Of a DNA stretch of 53,166 nucleotides, positions 50,177 through 53,166 are shown piece after piece (within the stretch, counting starts at the first letter, position 1; each line of letters opens with the position of its first letter). The notes under the pieces are model-generated. The model worked only from the letters and a program-made list of their open reading frames with translations, was not told the DNA's origin and did not search any database. Made by a program: the position numbers and the translations under genes. Location of the stretch: assembly GCF_001194135.2 (NCBI RefSeq), contig NC_068998.1, positions 7,801,130 to 7,854,295 on the forward strand, written 5' to 3'. The stretch is from Octopus bimaculoides. Lineage: Eukaryota.

Positions 50177-51632
50177 GCATTAAAGATGTCCCGAGAATGA
50201 CAGATAGTGACAAAGGATGAATAGCAGTTGTAAGAAGCGAACGGAGGTTAAAGCATTCACAATTAAGAAATCAAACAAAGTTGTAAAAATATTCTACCCG
50301 ATGCCAAAAAGTTTGTAAATGTAGTAAAGGATATGGAGGTTGTGTCGATTTAAACACTACAGCAACCTTAGATATGCATAAAATATTGTCGCTGTCTGAT
50401 TATTACCGAATAAGATAACCTACAAGACCTTGTAACCATAGTAATTGACGAAAGAATGTTCGATAGAAAAGAAATTTATGCAACAAAATATTCAGTAAAA
50501 TTGATGGTGATATTAACAAAAAACAAAATTTATTTGAATAAATATGAATAAAGTGTAGAACCACCAAAAATATTATATTCTGGAAAAATAAAACTAAGTA
50601 GAAAACTGTCAAAAATAATATACCTGGGATATATACAATTAGAGAAAAGGGAGAATGTGAATCAGAAGTGTAAACGTGGATTGAGATAGGAAGGAAATCA
50701 TCTGAAATAATGTGAAGTATACTAGCATGATGAAACATGAACATGGAAACCAGAAAAAAGATTATCAGAGTGTTGTTTATGTTCAACTCTTCTGCATGGA
50801 TCTGAGACATGGACATTAATAAATGTATCAACAAATAGATCAAGAAGCCTTTGATAAGTTGTCATATGGAAGGCATTGGAAAATAAATACTAGTTACAAA
50901 TACCAAAGCAATGATAAGGCAATAAGAATGAGAAGAAACAAAAATCTAAGAATGTTTTATTAGACACCACACTAAGAAGAAAGTCAAAAATATTTTGCAC
51001 ACTTAGAAAACAAATAAAATTAATGCTTGACAGATAGTGCTAACAGAAAGCAAAATTAATAGAGAAAAAAAGGAAGAGAAAGTTAAAAATATTGGTGTTG
51101 GATGATATCAAGTATTGGACATACGTAGAATACAGTGAATTTGTAAAAACTGCGAAAGAAATTCTTAGAATGACATTCTTGGTGTTACGATATCGAGATA
51201 ATGAAGATGGTGACAAATAAACGCAAACACACAACATACAAAATAACTAAAATGTTTTCATGCTATATTATACCTTCGCGGGTTCACATAACTATTTTCT
51301 CGACAGAGGTATATGATCAGCGTCCTATAGAGCGATGATGAGAGCGATTGATTGCTTGTGAGAGTGATTGAAGTAAGCATTTTGTTAATCGAATCTATAA
51401 CAGGGTTTCGATTTTCAAGTCGAAGCTCAACACACGTCTTTGACCAATCTCTCACGCCTGTGTCATTACTTACATCTTACTAGAAGCTTCCTCTATCGAG
51501 TAAGGTTCACCATAGTACTTCAACATTTTCCAAGTGTACATACATGCATACATACATACATGCATATATACATACATACATACGAACGTATATAAAAAAA
51601 CAAGCATGCATACATGCATACATAAATATATA

Positions 51633-51990
51633 CAGGGTGCGGTGAATATATTGTCTAAATTACATTTTAACATATATATTTAGCAAAATGTGTGTGTGTG
51701 TGTGTGTGTGTGTGTATCCACATATATATAATTTTATTTTCTTCCACTTCCTTCGTAAAGACAAGACTTTTATCTATCTCTTGTCATAGCTCGTCTACCT
51801 AGCGTTCATAAATTTTTCACATCGTCTTGGCTTAACAGACCTTACTGTTTGTTTTTAGTGTCTTGTTCTCACTGTCCTGTTTTTGTTAACACTTTCACCC
51901 TCCGCAAAAAATCCCAAATTTTATTTAATTTGCTTTGCGGGAAGGACTGTTTCAACGACGTCGCGTATTGTCCATACCTTCGAAACGGTG
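51633..51990 (-). mobile_element. Possible Tc1-like transposon 3' relic
   Basis: TA|CAGGGTGCGG terminus at 51631-51642. Minus-strand pieces PSR...WDFLRR and LSQDDVKNL..GRR weakly resemble the Tc1 C-terminal WPxxSPDLNPIENLW / ISQETIKNLxxSMPRR. Confidence 0.3.
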
Positions 51991-53166
51991 AGTAGATGAA
52001 ACAGGAACAACTGATGAAAGGAATGTTCTTTATGTTGCATATCTCGGTTCTCTGTTTGTATTTTCATTGTTCGAAAAAAGTTCGTTTTCTATGTTTTTGT
52101 TTTTATGTTTTCGTTTCTCATTGCGTCTACGTGTTTTTGATGTCTCGTACCCATATATGCATGTATATATACATATATATGTAGGTATGTACATATATAC
52201 ATGTATATATGCATATATTTATATATTATTTATATGATATATATATATGATACATATATATATACCTACAGGCACACGTATTAACATGTCTATAAACACA
52301 CACTTAGTATATGTGTCCATTAGCAAGCAAGTGCATCAACATTAACAAGCATGTATGTATGTATACATGCATGAAAGTATACGTGTGAATGCTTTCCACA
52401 TAAACACGTCAACGTAAATACACACACACATACGCATACGTAAATCCAAAATATTTGTGTAGTTTTAATTACATTCTTGTCTCTTAACGAGTTTTGTCAG
52501 TGCTTTTCATCTTCCAGCACCTAACTGCTTATTATTAATTGCTATACTGATATTATTCTACTTAAACTAGACATTTGCGGATAGAAAAGATCAAGAGAAA
52601 GAAAATAAAACATGGCAAATTGATAATGCACAGTTGCTCCTACCAACAACTCTGTTTTATTCAGCTGCTTGTCACCTGGATAACCGGAGGTAAAAATCTG
52701 AACATCAGTGTATGGTTAATAGAAAAGAAGTTGAGGACTATTTAATATCGTTGACTACCGATAAACGCCCACACGAACCCACAAATATGCACAGATATTT
52801 GTAAACTTGCTTGTCCAGATATACAATTACACGAGTAGGCAGAATAACTAAAACACATCGATGTGCACTGGCGCATGCCTAGAATTTTGAAGCTTACTTA
52901 TACAAACAAATCACTAAAATAAATGTATACATACAATCAACAACTCACATTTACACACTGAAGTGCAGACCATATATATCTGTATGTGTTTGTGATTATA
53001 TGTGAGTATATGTTTGTGAGAATATGTGAATATGTGGTTGTATGTATATTTGAATGCGTGTTTAATACACCAATTTTTTTTGCATAAACATGTGTTTTTT
53101 TTCTATGTATACGTGAATGTATGGTTCTGCCAATATATGAATATGTAAATGTATATATATATATAT

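Larger units (their letters stand above)
48870..51219 (+). mobile_element. Decayed RTE-clade LINE (APE end, linker, RT, C-terminus), interrupted
   Basis: Piecewise translation: YPWGDRNSDDNEV (APE SDH region), NIKDKNGNILFD, KATGADEIPAEALKALDNHNLGPITDLCNVIY, MKQSILVQFPKKP, SNLRYA*N (dead YADD at 50373-50384), IYLG, STLLHGSETWTL (50783-50818), LDDIKYWT. Many stops and frameshifts. Confidence 0.88.

Noticed and set aside
50403-50843. 146-aa hydrophobic minus-strand ORF
   Set aside because: Antisense shadow of the A-rich RTE LINE on the + strand.
52664-52688. Possible 25-nt micro-exon (tttattcag|CTGC...GGAG|gtaaaa)
   Set aside because: Splice-like motifs only; too short to evaluate without transcript data.
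1-53166. CRISPR arrays, rRNA, intact tRNA genes, prokaryote-type operons
   Set aside because: None seen; the tandem repeats lack unique spacers and the sequence is eukaryotic repeat-rich DNA.

Overview
Eukaryotic, AT-rich, microsatellite-saturated scaffold segment with 19 N-gaps, most flanked by simple repeats (short-read assembly signature). I recognise the SINE families from memory as Octopus/coleoid cephalopod; I could not search to confirm this. No intact protein-coding gene is visible, and nearly all ORFs in the supplied track are microsatellite, N-gap or antisense artefacts. Supported content: three tRNA-headed SINE families; a decayed RTE-clade LINE with nested SINEs; a fragment of an RLE-type (R4/R2-like) retrotransposon whose CCHC zinc knuckle lies after the endonuclease instead of before it; a TTAA-flanked element with 71-bp TIRs; mariner, pogo-like and possible Tc1 ends; a near-canonical minimal type I hammerhead ribozyme (43917-43964) of the kind linked to Penelope-like elements; and a candidate signal-peptide first exon (10609-10681) that would make the rest of the window a very large intron. 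The best leads are the hammerhead and the domain-permuted RLE fragment. I see no convincing evidence of a wholly new multi-gene system.
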